DNA of 64,000 nt from Felixounavirus LF82P9. A model generated the notes under the pieces. It had not been told where the DNA came from, did no database searches, and saw only the letters and a program-made list of their open reading frames with translations. Positions 63,808-64,000 of the stretch are shown piece after piece. The stretch is taken from the sequence record OZ035757.1. The stretch is one strand, 5' to 3'. The first letter of the stretch is position 1; every line of letters begins with the position of its first letter. The position numbers were made by a program, and so were the translations under genes.

Positions 63808-64000
63808 ATGAGCGAGACCATTTATAAAGAACTTTATGAAGCTAATAAGAAGCTAGAATTTATGCAGAATACTATCATGGCAATTGCAGACAGATTGTCT
63901 GTAGCAACAGGTATTGATATTAAAGAAGCATCTATGGATGCACTTCTTGATGCTGTTGATGCAAAGTTCGAAGTTAAGAAAGAAGAGACTGCTACAGACT
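63808..64000 (+). CDS. hypothetical protein, N-terminal part (3' end outside window)
   Basis: ATG at 63808 behind GGAG RBS; frame open to window end. Confidence 0.4.
   Translation, partial: MSETIYKELYEANKKLEFMQNTIMAIADRLSVATGIDIKEASMDALLDAVDAKFEVKKEETATD

Overview
AT-rich 64-kb stretch of a virulent tailed-phage genome; no integrase, transposase, rRNA or CRISPR array seen. The gene content (family-A T7-like DNA polymerase, primase-helicase, rIIA/rIIB, nrdAB plus nrdDG, thymidylate synthase and DHFR, PRPP synthetase plus nicotinamide phosphoribosyltransferase, T4-lysozyme-type endolysin, several HNH/GIY-YIG homing endonucleases, a 27-gene tRNA array) resembles Felix O1-type myoviruses; this is from recalled knowledge of those genomes, not a database hit. 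Layout: partial tail-fibre gene (1-458, +); minus-strand nucleotide-metabolism/replication block (1141-12180); long plus-strand block (12408-46480); a 1.6-kb ORF-free repeat array (46546-48162); minus-strand block with the endolysin (48163-56077); plus-strand block with a vWA protein and the tRNA array (56306-63585). Most unusual: (1) the ORF-free phased repeat array; (2) the tRNA array, which holds atypical tRNAs and repeated non-tRNA structured spacers and sits directly downstream of a vWA protein; (3) ten small ORFs each framed by conserved hairpins; (4) a macro-domain protein; (5) a duplicated composite intergenic element. CDS coordinates follow the ORF track, with a few start codons moved downstream. 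tRNA, hairpin, promoter and repeat coordinates were counted by hand from ORF anchors and may be off by 1-3 nt. All domain calls are from motifs read by eye, not HMM or BLAST.
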